A DNA stretch of 63,071 nt, filler included, from Stramenopiles sp. TOSAG23-3 (GCA_900128585.1; 26 parts of 26 records of this genome joined end to end with filler, not necessarily neighbours in it), one strand, 5' to 3'; shown: positions 9,804 to 21,145, counted from the whole stretch's first letter. The notes: generated from the letters alone by a model not told the origin. A program made the numbers and translations.

Positions 9804-12149
9804 GTCGGTCTTCTTGCTTGATTTTGAGGTGGGAACACACCGCCCTTTCTTACGTATAGAGTAGGTACGGGCCAGGCCAGGGCGGTTGCGAAGAAAAGCT
9901 GGGCCCATGTCTGCGCTAACACGCAACCCGAACAAGCTGACCCACACCGCCCAAAAACTCAGGGTAATTGCCCAAGTTTTTACGGTGCTAGCACGCGCAA
10001 GACTCTCAAATGAAGATTGACGGCCCCCGCCCCACTTAAAACGGGCCCAGTCTAGCCAACTACCCACGACAGGGGGCGTCAGAAATGCGGGAGGGTCCGA
10101 AGGCAGGGGAAGATCGTACAAGTACAGCCGTCTCCAGGGCGGGTACCTTTCCCGGCCGGACCCTAAAAGCACACTATTTCAGTCAAAGAAGCGAGACCAC
10201 TGAGAGGGACTTGTACGGTGCTTTGACAATCCAGCGTGCGCCCCTCGTTGAAGGTGTATAAGCTCTCAGTAAGCTTTAGATTTTAGATCAAAGTCTTGGG
10301 CAGCGTCTAAACAAGCGCGACGCAGCCTTTTGAGGACGATTCGAGGTAGACCCACACCGTGGTAAACTCCGTACCGGGCCTTTCAACTAGCCACCGGAAG
10401 CCTAAGGGCCGGCGTAGGCAATCGCAACCTTTTACTTGCCTGAGACCGGCCCCACACAGAACCAGAATAGCGTTCGAACTCAGCCGAAACCCCACTACCA
10501 TTTGTGGCGTACTTTATAAAGCTCTCGAGGCTTGGTAGATCGCATAAAATGTAACGTTCGTAGTTTGGGATACTAAAACCCTTATATTGGTAAACGCCCT
10601 TAGAAAACGGTTCTCAACCAAAACGGCCATTAAATTCAGACACAACAACTCTTCGCGTTTCTATGTCAAAATCTCATCTCCCTATACGACACATATCGTA
10701 GTTATCTTCGCTTTCTGACCGAATGTGTCGGAATGGGGTGGGGTAGAACATAGAGCCTGCGTAGTAGGTCAGAGGGTGCTGCTTAAAAGGAGAGTAGAGC
10801 ATAAAGTTCTGCACACCAACCTCAGTTATAGTTGAGCCCACAAAGAAAGCCCACCGACTTAAAGCAACCCCATGAGAGGAGCCTTCTCTGAACTCGTCGT
10901 ACATAAAAAGGCCCGAAGATTGGCTCAACACCTCCATAACATGCCAAACCTCGCCTATCGAAAGGAAAGAGTCGCCTCAACCCGGAGTTGCACGCTCGTA
11001 AGCGTGTGAAATGGTTAGCGCTTGACTGCTGGACAGAGCCGGCGCACCAGCAACCCAATCAAGACGGTCTCAAAACGTTATCGGCACTTTTCTATGATCA
11101 AAGCGTCATTTAGGTGTGACGAGCCCGTACCTTATCAATGCGGGGAGTGTGCTCTGGTAAACCTGGTCAGTGGTTTGGCTAAGGACCGACAAGCCAGGAT
11201 TACGAACTAAGAGGTAGGGTAGCAAGTGTAAGCCCTTGCGCCTTAAGCGGGAATCAAGCAAAAAAGCACGCCGCTGCTGCAACAAACGCTGGCGGTAAGG
11301 GACTAGCCCCAGCCCAAGGGAGGCGCCCCCCTTAAAAACGCACGAGCCCGCCTGCAGCACATTGGCCCTAAGCTTGGGGGGCAAGGCCTGGCTCAGACGC
11401 CAACCTTTCAGCCCCTGACCACGGCCGCGTAAAATATAGGGCGCTAAAATAGGCTTAAATAAAACCCTTGTGCGCCGCCATGAGAGGTTTGTGAGAAGGC
11501 CCACGCCCAGGCCAAACCGCACACCTAGCTCGGAGCGTGCTTGGGCCAACCCTTTCCCGACGGAGGCTTTACGGCCTTTAACACCAACCAACGATCGTAA
11601 CTCTGAGTAAAGAGCTCACTTGTTAGAGGGCACCAAAGCCCGGTGCCCACCTTTGCCAAATTTGGGTCCCGAGCTTAGACTCCAACTAAGCCGGGTTTTT
11701 AACCAAGGTACCTCCTTAGCCGGGCTAAGAACGGGCCCCCCGCCTGTAGGGGGCGAGTCAAGTGCCCCCCAATGCGGACCCACTAGCCTAGCGACCCTCG
11801 AGATATCAAGTGTAGGGCGCGCCTCCCGCTCGCCCAGGCTGTCGGGTAAACCAAAGCCTGTGCTAGTTTGGCGGACCTCCCTAGTAAGAAAGCGTAATCA
11901 ACGCCACCGCCGAAGTAGCCAACGCGGCACCCCCCGACGTTTTGTAGAAGCCTGCAAACGAGGCTTAAAGCGAACCTTTGATCTTAGAAGCCCCTTAAGG
12001 TAAGCCTCTCGCACCCTTTCAGAACTCCCGTACCCCTTTCTAGAGGGTGCAGAAAGTTGCGGACGCTTTGTAAAGCTGCTGAGACAAGGGCCAACTCGGA
12101 CGGACTTCGGGGCCCCCAAGCGACCACTTACGGAGACCCCCCCCCTTCC
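9804..12149 (-). CDS. Uninterrupted 782-codon frame if TGA is a sense codon (probably Trp, code 4); unknown basic protein, both ends missing
   Basis: Track ORFs 9750-10172, 10674-10937, 11106-11591 and 11898-12119 share one frame; hand translation of the gaps gives 10 TGA and no TAA/TAG. Confidence 0.85.
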
Positions 12150-12692
12150 NNNNNNNNNNNNNNNNNNNNNNNNNNNNNNNNNNNNNNNNNNNNTTAATTA
12201 ATTAANNNNNNNNNNNNNNNNNNNNNNNNNNNNNNNNNNNNNNNNNNNNAAGAAGAAAGACAGAAGAAAGAAAATGAATTAAAAGAAGAAAGAAGAAAAA
12301 GAATTAAAAGAAGAAGAAAGAAGAAAAAGAAAGAAGAAGAAAAAGAAAGAAAGAAAGAAGAACAATATTATTATATAATTAATAATATGAATATGAATAC
12401 AGTATAGAATAGTCGTTACATTCTATATATAATTTATATAAGAGAAAAAGAAAGAAGATGAGTAAAAATAATATAATTAAAAAAGTAAATTTTAATGTAA
12501 CTCTTAATAAATAAATAAGATGAGATGATAAACCATTAACATGTTTATACGATTCTTCTTCACCGACACGCAAAACACAAAACCACCCCGAACCCTCCCC
12601 TTTCGTACCCAACACCCTTAAGCGTTAGAACACTCACCCCCCAAGGGAACGTTTTTGTTTTTTGCCCGTCTTTTCATCCCCCCCCCGTTCCA

Positions 12693-13514
12693 ATGGCGAC
12701 CGTTGCCCCTGTGCCCCCCCCTCAACGGGCCATGGTCGCGAACAGCGCGCTCCAGATCGACGCGCTGCGCCAAACCCTGTCCGCCGACCAGGGGCAGCTT
12801 GCCCTTACGATCTCCTCCGACAATGTCCGGCGCGAGGCTATCCAGCGCTTTCGAAAGGAGGCCCGCATGCGGTGCGCGGCGCACTCGAAGGCCGTCCAGG
12901 CGAGGGACGAGGTGAACGAGAAGCGGTCCCGGAACAAGATGAAGAAGATCTGCCGGGACGCCGCCCACGACAAGCGCCAGCTGAGGCAGAGGAAGCAGGA
13001 GACCGACATCAAGCGGGACCAGGCCCGCCTGCTCTCGGAGGCCACCAGGACGAGGGACCTGCGGAAGGTCGACGCCCGGCTCAGCATGCTCAAGGCGTAC
13101 GGGTACCTGGAGGACAGCGAGCTGGCGCCCTTGGTGGCGATCGCACGCGGCGCCATCGGGAAGGTCGTGGCGGGCGGGATGGCCGCCGTGGAGGCCTGCC
13201 TGGACCGAAAGGCGTACGGGGAGGCCGACGAGGCCTTTCGAAAGCACGCCGGCGCCGCGGGGACCCGGTGGCTCGCGGAAGGGTCCGAGGGGGCCGCCGC
13301 CGTCGAACGGGCGACCGCCCGGCTCCAAGGGTGCCGGGCGGAGCGCGCGGGAGCGTTTCGCGCCGAGCTGGACGAGGCGGTGCGCGCGAAGGACGGCGGC
13401 GGGATCCTCGCGGCCGTCGAACGGGCGCGGGCCGCGGGCCTGCAGGGGGAGCCCGGGCTGCGCGAGGCGATCGAGGCGGCGTCGGTGAGGGAGGGGAATG
13501 TCCCGAAGGGGTAG
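12693..13514 (+). CDS. Hypothetical helical protein, very GC-rich
   Basis: 273-aa ATG ORF with strong G/C bias at third positions; overlapping ORFs in other frames are Arg/Gly/Pro shadows. Confidence 0.75.
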   Translation: MATVAPVPPPQRAMVANSALQIDALRQTLSADQGQLALTISSDNVRREAIQRFRKEARMRCAAHSKAVQARDEVNEKRSRNKMKKICRDAAHDKRQLRQRKQETDIKRDQARLLSEATRTRDLRKVDARLSMLKAYGYLEDSELAPLVAIARGAIGKVVAGGMAAVEACLDRKAYGEADEAFRKHAGAAGTRWLAEGSEGAAAVERATARLQGCRAERAGAFRAELDEAVRAKDGGGILAAVERARAAGLQGEPGLREAIEAASVREGNVPKG

Positions 13515-13579
13515 GGGAAGGACCCAAGTGTTGCGTTTTTATGTGCACGAGAGAGAGAGAGAGAGCTTTTAAATTAAAC

Positions 13580-13746
13580 ACAAAAACAATTGGCCGTTGT
13601 TAGAAAACAAGAAAAACTTGGCTATTATTCAAAAACAAGAAAAACTTGGCTGTTGTTTAAAGTATTTAAACAACAAGAAAATTGGCTGTTATTTAAGTTA
13701 ATTAAAATTAATGTACTGCAAACTGAAATCTAGATTTAGACATTCT
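13580..13746 (-). repeat. Stacked copies of the terminal module of the dispersed repeat family
   Basis: AAAACAAGAAAA(C)TTGGCTGTT 3-4 times, then TTAATGTACTGC.AACTGAAATCTAGATTTAGACATTCT as at 8296-8334 and 49182-49220. Confidence 0.9.
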
Positions 13747-13845
13747 TGGGATTTGTTTTAAAGTAAAATTTTAAAAAACAAATCATATAGTATCACTGGA
13801 AATGAGAGTCTTAAAGCATGTCCAGTTTTCCCTGGATCCATACAT

Positions 13846-14061
13846 CAGGCCACCTTACGCCAAGACTATCAGAATAGGTTTTGGGGCAGATCCACGCATG
13901 TACAAAACAATAATAGCGACTGTCTCAAAAATCTTATGATAGTTTGACGCGACCATCCGACCAGGTCACCTTATGCCAAGATTACCAGAATAGGTTTTGG
14001 GGCAGATCCACGCATCTACAAAACAATAATAGCGACTGTCTCAAACAATCTTATGATAGTT
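13846..14061 (+). repeat. Tandem duplication of about 99 bp (13846-13944 and 13962-14061)
   Basis: Near-identical CAGG.CACCTTA.GCCAAGA.TA.CAGAATAGGTTTTGGGGCAGATCCACGCAT...TCTTATGATAGTT. Confidence 0.9.
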
Positions 14062-14699
14062 CAAAGCAGCGGCGTAATTGTTTTAGAGGTGCTCGTTGTC
14101 TGCCATGTGAACCAGTTAAGGGATTGTTATTTGTGAGTTGGGGTGTCGGGGGAGGGTCGTTTGTGTTCGTTCTTCTTAAAAAAAACAAATTAAAAAAAAA
14201 ACAAATTGTATTAGAGTATGCTTTAAGACTTCAATATCATATAAAAACAAGAAAATTGGCCTGTTATTTTTAAGACTTCAATATAAAAAAAAATAAATTA
14301 TAATGGATAGAGGAGTATGCTTTAAGACTCTCATTTTTTTAAAAAACAAATTATAAAAAAAAAACAAATTATATATATGATATTAAAAAACAAATTATAT
14401 AAAAAAAACTAATTATTATATAGTGGTATGTTTTAAGACTCTCAAGATTATCCCAATTGTAAAATCGCAATTCATTACTATGACTAATAAAAATCACAAA
14501 ATTCAAAATCGGTCAAGACCATCATTATCATTCCTATGATATTTTACCGTACACTCTTGATCCCAATCATAATCCTCATAACTACGTACCTCCACTTNNN
14601 NNNNNNNNNNNNNNNNNNNNNNNNNNNNNNNNNNNNNNNNNTTAATTAATTAANNNNNNNNNNNNNNNNNNNNNNNNNNNNNNNNNNNNNNNNNNNNAG

Positions 14700-15071
14700 G
14701 ACCCCGAGACCAGCAACAGTGCAACGGGAGCCTCCGCTGGCCTAGACGACGAGTCCGTCCAAGACGCAGAAGCCCAGCTAGAGGGCGACGTCACCCGCCT
14801 TATCAGCCTGGGCGATGAGGCGGAGAGGAAGCTAAGGGAGGCCAAGGCGGCAACGAAGGAGGGCGACTTGGCAAGCATGCATATAGTAGAAGAGGAAAAC
14901 GATAAATTTCACAAGCTGGAAACTGGCACCATCACAAAGCCGGACAGTGAAAACACTTTGCTCTCCGCGGTTCTGCCGGAGGAGGGGATGAAAGCCGCGA
15001 AAGACGTCATGGAGAAGATATTTAACAAGAAAATGACGACAGACCACGTGCTGAAAACGATTGAACAGTAA
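14700..15071 (+). CDS. C-terminal fragment of a hypothetical protein
   Basis: Frame open from the contig start to TAA; GC-rich, followed by an AT-rich spacer. Confidence 0.65.
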   Translation, partial: DPETSNSATGASAGLDDESVQDAEAQLEGDVTRLISLGDEAERKLREAKAATKEGDLASMHIVEEENDKFHKLETGTITKPDSENTLLSAVLPEEGMKAAKDVMEKIFNKKMTTDHVLKTIEQ

Positions 15072-15256
15072 AATGTAATAATATTGTGGTTCGTGTTGTT
15101 TGTGTGTTGTAATATAATAATTATATATGTATATTGTCTGTGTAGAAAACAATATATATCATTCTAAAACGAACTTTAAAATTCTCTCACGTATTACGGC
15201 AAGAAGTAAGTTTACTTACATTTTACTCCCCACGCCCTGCCCCAACCGCCGCCTGT

Positions 15257-17043
15257 TCACGCAGGCGACAAATCGAACAAAAAACTGACAGAGCCGGACA
15301 AGACGTGCTCCCTGGAGGCAGGCCACGATTCCCGCTCCGTGCGAGAGGCTGCGCTGAGGTTTCTGAACCATCGCGAGGTATTCTGGTGGTCTGATAAGCT
15401 TCTGCCGGCTGCCTTGAGCGCGTTGTACACGACGCAGTCTTCTGCGGACGCAACGTAGCCATTCGGGCCGAGCAAATAGCTCTGGTCGCTGAGGCGCTCA
15501 TCCAGCCAGGTCATGCCTTCGTCAGAAAACAGCTTCAGCCTCTTCTTCACCACTGGCACTTTTCGCTTTGTCGTTCTCTTACTGCTAATACTATGGCTGC
15601 TGTCACGGTTGTCCTTCGCCTTCACCTTTACGGCAACGTTTCCGTTCGCAGCGACGACATGCCCGGATCGTTGTTTCAAAAATGCTGCTTTTTTCCGAGC
15701 TGCTGCTTTCATGGCTTTCGTTGCGTGCTGGCAGTCGAGCTCCCTGGCGCAGGCGTCACCAAAGGGCATGAAATCGTCCTTGCCATTCAGCGATATGTAC
15801 GGGATGAGCACTTGGGGAATACAGACCCCGCCTTCCGTCTGATAATTTTCTAGAATTGCGCAAATCATTCTCTGAACAGCGCAGAGGGTGGAATTGACCA
15901 TGTGGACGTACTGCTTTTTGCCCCCGTGGATCATTTTCTTCGACCCGCACCGTATGTCCAGGGCGCGAGACAGGAAATCGGTGCAGTTGGAACACGATAC
16001 CACTTCCCGGTAAGCTTTTGAAGCCGGAAACCACGCTTCTACATCATACTTTAGGGACGTCGCCATGTTCAAATCTTTGCCTGCTACGGATACGACACGG
16101 TACGAAATTCCCAAACTCTGCAAGAACGCTTCCGCGTGTCCCAAAAATTCCTGGTGGATCCGGTCGGAGTCGTTCGGTTCGCACAGTGCAAATTGCTCCA
16201 CCTTTTCGAACTGGTGGACCCGGAACAGGCCATTAAGGTCCGTGGACGCCCTGCCTGCTTCGCGCCTGAAGCAGGTGGACGTTCCTGCGTATAGTATCGG
16301 CAGACTTTTCTCCTGGATCCACTCCGACTGGTGCATTGCCGATAAGGGTTGCTCGGACGTGGCGACCAAATGCTTGTCGCCCGTGGAATAAATCATTTCA
16401 CCAAAATCGTTCAATTGCACGGCCTGTTGGAGCATCGAAGGTTCCATGAAAAAGGGAGTGTAAACAGGGACAAAAGCGGGCGACCTAGAGCACAAAAAGT
16501 CCATGGCATACCGTTCCAGCGCCATCTTTAGCCGAACCAACTCACCTTTTAAGAAATACCCACGCCTCCCGGCAACGCTTGCTCCACGGATAGCGTCAAT
16601 TCCCCCTTTGAGCATTTCCGCCAATTTCCCGTGGGCACGGGGAACAAATTTTGAGTCCTTACTCAGCGCTTTTCCAACCGGTAGGGCTGTTTTATTCGGT
16701 TTCCATTCTCTCAGTACCCTGTCGGCTTCGGTCACCCTCGTGTCAAGAATATTCCCCAGCCTGTGGAGAAGCGCGTCCCGAGTCTCGCACTCCTGCTTTC
16801 CTTTCTCCTCCTCCGCCGCGACTCTCTTTGCTAGCTGTTTCGAAGCCTCCTTCTCGGCGTCTGGCGACAAATTCGCACGCACCTTGTCCCTAATGGACTT
16901 TGTTATGGCCGCTCTTTGTTTTCGTAAATTATCGATCGTCTGCCTTCCCGTCCTCCAAATTTCGTCTGCAGCAATTATACTATTTACCAAACTCTCGCCA
17001 TCCCCATTGCCCCGACGACATTCCGACTTTACGCAAACGCTTG
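15257..17043 (-). CDS. SARS1: Cytosolic-type seryl-tRNA synthetase with a C-terminal EF1B-like GST domain (5' partial)
   Basis: LVATSEQPL, motif 2 CFRREAG..GLFRVHQFEKVEQF, KYDVEAWFP, REVVSCSNCTDF, motif 3 YVHMVNSTLCAVQRMICAILENYQ. Confidence 0.96.
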
Positions 17044-17143
17044 NNNNNNNNNNNNNNNNNNNNNNNNNNNNNNNNNNNNNNNNNNNNTTAATTAATTAAN
17101 NNNNNNNNNNNNNNNNNNNNNNNNNNNNNNNNNNNNNNNNNNN

Positions 17144-19418
17144 GGGTCATTTACGGTGGCAGATCGTGTCCAACGCCATTTCCCAGTATTAGCATGCGAT
17201 ATTCCATCAGAACAAGATGCCAAAGCAATTTATTTCCAGATCTTGGATGGCCATTTAACATCTGGGTTCTCAAACGATATTGCATGCCATGCTCAAGCTA
17301 TGGTAGACGCCACTGTTCATATTCACAAAATTGTGCTCGACAAGTTTTTGCCAAGTGCAATAAAATTTGTGTACAATTGGAATCTGCGGGAAATGTCGAA
17401 CATCGTCAGAGGACTTTGTAGCACTGTCCCTAATGCGTTTGGGAGGAGTTCAGACGCATTTATCCGACTTTGGCTGCATGAAGCCAACCGTGTCTTCGCC
17501 GATCGCATGGTAAACGAGAAAGAGGAAGAAAGGTTTAACATCATTGCCATAGATACCGTGAAAAAGTACTACTCGGACGCTTGCGATGTAGAAAAAGTCC
17601 TGGACCCGGAAGGCCTGATTTTCACTAATTTTTGTGGGTCAAAGGGCAAAGGGTTCTACTGCCAGGTTCCGTCCGAAGAAGTGCTAAACGAGGAATTGGT
17701 ATCCAAGCTTGCAGAATATAACGAATCGAATTCAATAATGGACTTGGTCCTCTTCAAGCAAGCGATGGAGCACGTGTGCAGAATTTCTAGGATTATTAGC
17801 AGCCCAGGAGGCAATGCAATGCTTATTGGAGTAGGTGGTAGCGGGAAGCAGAGTTTGTCTAAACTTGCAGGCTTTATCAGTGGTTGCCAAATTGAACAGC
17901 TCAACATCAGCTCGAAATTCACCGAAGACGATCTGAAAGAAGAACTTCGAAGAATTTATTTACAGGCTGGAGTGAAAGGTGTCTACACGCTTTTGATTAT
18001 GACCGACGCCCAGATTGTCGACGACAAGTTTTTGGTGTCCATCAATAATATTCTTGCTAGCGGTGACGTGCCTGGCCTGTTCGAGAAGGAAGACCAAGAG
18101 GGCATTAGCTCCGGTCTAAGAGCCCCGGCGAAAGCGGCCGGTGTAATCGACACGCCCGATTCAATGTACGCATTCTTTATTCGCCGAGTAAGACAATACC
18201 TGCATTTGTCGCTGTGCTTTTCTCCCGTTGGAGACTGGTTCCGAATCAGGGCACGGCGATTCCCAGGGTTAATCAATTGCACAATGATTGACCAGTTTCA
18301 CCCATGGCCTCGTGAAGCGCTCGTGTCTGTTGCCACTAGGTTCATTAACGACATTGACACAATCGATCCTGAAATTTTAGAAAATATTGCTCACAATATG
18401 GCCGAAGCCCACTTGTGCGTCGTTACCATCAGCGATAAATACAAAGAGCAAGAGCGCCGTTTCAATTACGTCACACCAAAAAGTTTTCTCGAACTTATCA
18501 GCTTCTACAAGTCCCTCTACTCCCAAAAGACGGCTGGCCTGCAAAAGCTGATCGATCGACTTGACATCGGTCTGAGCACACTAAAGAAAACGGCTGAAGA
18601 CGTTTCAGAACTTCAAGTAGACTTGGACCATACTATGGTGAAAGTGGACGAAAAAAGAAAAGGGACAGAAATTCTTTTGGAAAATATGGGGAAACAGCGT
18701 GCCGAAGCGGAGGTGTTCCAAGAGAGCGCAAGCGAAGAAGCAGAAAAGGCCGGAAAAGCATCTAGCGAGGCCCAAGCCATCGAAGAGAAGGCCGAGGGTG
18801 AACTAGCAGAGGCAAAGCCAGCTATGGATGCCGCAAATGACGCTGTCAATTGTTTGGATAAAGCAAGTCTAGGAGAATTGAAGGGGTTTGCCAACCCACC
18901 TAATGGTGTAGACGTTGTAATGAAAGCCGTCCTGATGATGTTGGAGGGAGAATTTAAGAACCATTCGTGGGACAGGGCTAAGAAAATGATGAAAGACCTC
19001 GGCGGCTTTCTTGAGAGGTTAAAAAGCTTTGATGCGGAGGGAATGGACGACCATCTAGTGAACAAGCTACGCCCCATAACAGAAAACCCTGTAATGGCCT
19101 TTGACGTAATGACAAAGAAGTCGAAAGCAGCTGCAAACCTTTCAAACTGGGCGTGCAACGTATTCCGATACAATCGAATTTACGTCAAAGTGAAGCCGTT
19201 GATGGACTCGTTGGAAGAGGCGCGAAAGAAAAAGGCAGCCGCGGAGGCATCACTTGCCGGGGCTCAAAAGATTGTTGCTGAAATTAACAAAAAATTAGGT
19301 GGACTCCGGGAAGAGTTAATGGCTGCGACCCAAGAGAAAGCGAAAGTAGAGGCCGAGGCAGCTGCATGCCAAGGAAGATTAGACCTGGCCACCCGATTAG
19401 TCGGGGGGCTGGCATCTT
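17144..19418 (+). CDS. Axonemal dynein heavy chain, internal fragment (end of AAA3, AAA4, stalk/MTBD)
   Basis: RLWLHEANRVFADR, MDLVLFKQAMEHVCRISRII, P-loop GVGGSGKQSL, RARRFPGLINCT, YVTPKSFLELI, stalk coiled coil. Confidence 0.97.
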
Positions 19419-19488
19419 GTTCTGATGGAATATCGCATGCTAATACTGGGAAATGGCGTTGGACACGATCTGCCACCGTAAATGACCC
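19410..19488 (-). repeat. 79-bp perfect inverted copy of 17144-17222 (probable amplification or assembly chimera)
   Basis: Exact reverse complement of the contig start; replaces the dynein frame after LVGGLAS. Confidence 0.9.
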
Positions 19489-19729
19489 NNNNNNNNNNNN
19501 NNNNNNNNNNNNNNNNNNNNNNNNNNNNNNNNTTAATTAATTAANNNNNNNNNNNNNNNNNNNNNNNNNNNNNNNNNNNNNNNNNNNNTCAAAGTCATGT
19601 ATCTCCATCTACACACTTTCCGGTTAATTGTTTGCACTCTATTAGACGAAGGGGGCGACATTGGAATCGAGAATGAATGCCCTTCTCACATAAAATTGCC
19701 TTCATCCTCATGAAGAAGGAACGAAAGAA

Positions 19730-21145
19730 ATGTCATCCTCCGTCCATTTACGGCCAAAGTTGAACTTGGTTGATGTGGAATACTTGAGGAATAATGTTGA
19801 ACTCCTGTTCGACACACCTTCGCCTCCCAGTGGACCGCAAGGGAAGACGGTGTCTCCGAAAAAGAAGAATGCAAAGCTGAAAGAGAGCAAGGGGTCGACA
19901 AAGAAGAAGAAGAAGGGTGGGAAAGGGAAAGGGGGGAAAAAGAAAAAGAAAGGGGAACTTGAAGCAGAGAGAGCGGGGAAACTGCAGCAGCAGAAGAAAG
20001 ACATGTACAAGAACTACCTGTTGGCCTGTGGCAAGATCCAAATCCCACCGTTGAAGCGCATAGTAAACCTTTTCTCCATGCAAGAAAGCGTCGATTGGAC
20101 CCAAGAAGAGCGGGACATGATGAACGCCCCTGTAACGTTCATAGGCATAGAGAACGAGCGCATTGGTCCCGGCGGTGCCCGGGCCATCTGTTGTGCGTTG
20201 ACCGGTCGATGGGTCGCTGGGTCGAATGAAACGTTCGGTCCGGCGTACGGGATTCTTGAGGCTTTGACCTTCAAGCGGGGGGAAGTGGGACCAACGGGGG
20301 CCGAGTCCATTGCCGCTATGCTAGAGCTGCGGTCGTGCACAATCGCAGCGCTACACCTTTATGCGTGCGGTATACAAGAGGCGGGCCTCGCGTCGTTGGC
20401 CCGAAGCCTGCGGTACGGGTACAACAACTCCTTGGTTGAGTTGCGCCTCGACGGCGATGAAACCGTGGGTGATGACGGGGTGGAAGCGTTGTCCAGGGGT
20501 TTAGAAACAAACAGCAAACTAAAATCACTGTGTTTGGGAAGCTGTGGGCTAGGTCCAAGGAGTGGGTTGGCCCTGGGAAGGCTGCTGAAGTGCCGTCGAT
20601 GCCAGCTGGAGCACTTGGGGTTAGAGACCAACAAATTCGGCGGCGATGGCCTCCGCCTTCTGTGCATGGGACTGGTCCGACTGAAAGTGAAAGAAAAGGT
20701 TGGGAACACAATCGAAGATGTCGATCGATTCTGTCCACTGAAGTCTTTGGATATTGCCAGTATTGACATAGACGCGAAGAAAGCCACGGGGTATGGTGGA
20801 ATAGAAATGTTGGGGCGTGTGCTGCTGGAAAATCCAAACATTCGATCGATTGATTTTAATTTAAACATGCTAGATCAGTATGCAGGGAGCCTACTGCATT
20901 CGGCGCTTTCGACCGCTAAATATAGAGGAAGCTCGGCGCTAAAGAATTTTATTGTCTCAACAGAACTGCCAGGAAATATATTTCAGGACCTGTACATGGA
21001 CGAAACGACCCCAAGAAAGTTTGAGGAGGTCCCATTGGCCACGATCTTCGATAGGGCGGTCAATGCGGACAAGGACACGGTGGAGTTTCGCACGCCTGTC
21101 AAAAGCAACCATTCGAACAAGGGGCTACCGACGTTAAAAAAATGA
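19730..21145 (+). CDS. RNI-like leucine-rich repeat protein with a Lys-rich N-terminus
   Basis: About 28-aa LxxLxLxxxxIGxxG repeats. Confidence 0.85.
   Translation: MSSSVHLRPKLNLVDVEYLRNNVELLFDTPSPPSGPQGKTVSPKKKNAKLKESKGSTKKKKKGGKGKGGKKKKKGELEAERAGKLQQQKKDMYKNYLLACGKIQIPPLKRIVNLFSMQESVDWTQEERDMMNAPVTFIGIENERIGPGGARAICCALTGRWVAGSNETFGPAYGILEALTFKRGEVGPTGAESIAAMLELRSCTIAALHLYACGIQEAGLASLARSLRYGYNNSLVELRLDGDETVGDDGVEALSRGLETNSKLKSLCLGSCGLGPRSGLALGRLLKCRRCQLEHLGLETNKFGGDGLRLLCMGLVRLKVKEKVGNTIEDVDRFCPLKSLDIASIDIDAKKATGYGGIEMLGRVLLENPNIRSIDFNLNMLDQYAGSLLHSALSTAKYRGSSALKNFIVSTELPGNIFQDLYMDETTPRKFEEVPLATIFDRAVNADKDTVEFRTPVKSNHSNKGLPTLKK

Noticed and set aside
9802-12149. Selenoprotein, decayed pseudogene or narnavirus/mitovirus RdRp
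   Set aside because: TGA contexts are not Cys/redox-like; random decay would also give TAA/TAG and frameshifts; no GDD polymerase motif is visible in the frame.
12618-13603. Multiple overlapping long ORFs around the GC-rich gene
   Set aside because: Stop scarcity at very high GC; only 12693-13514 shows third-position bias.
17144-19488. Transposon with terminal inverted repeats carrying a dynein fragment
   Set aside because: The left repeat is itself in-frame dynein sequence; an inversion chimera is the simpler explanation.
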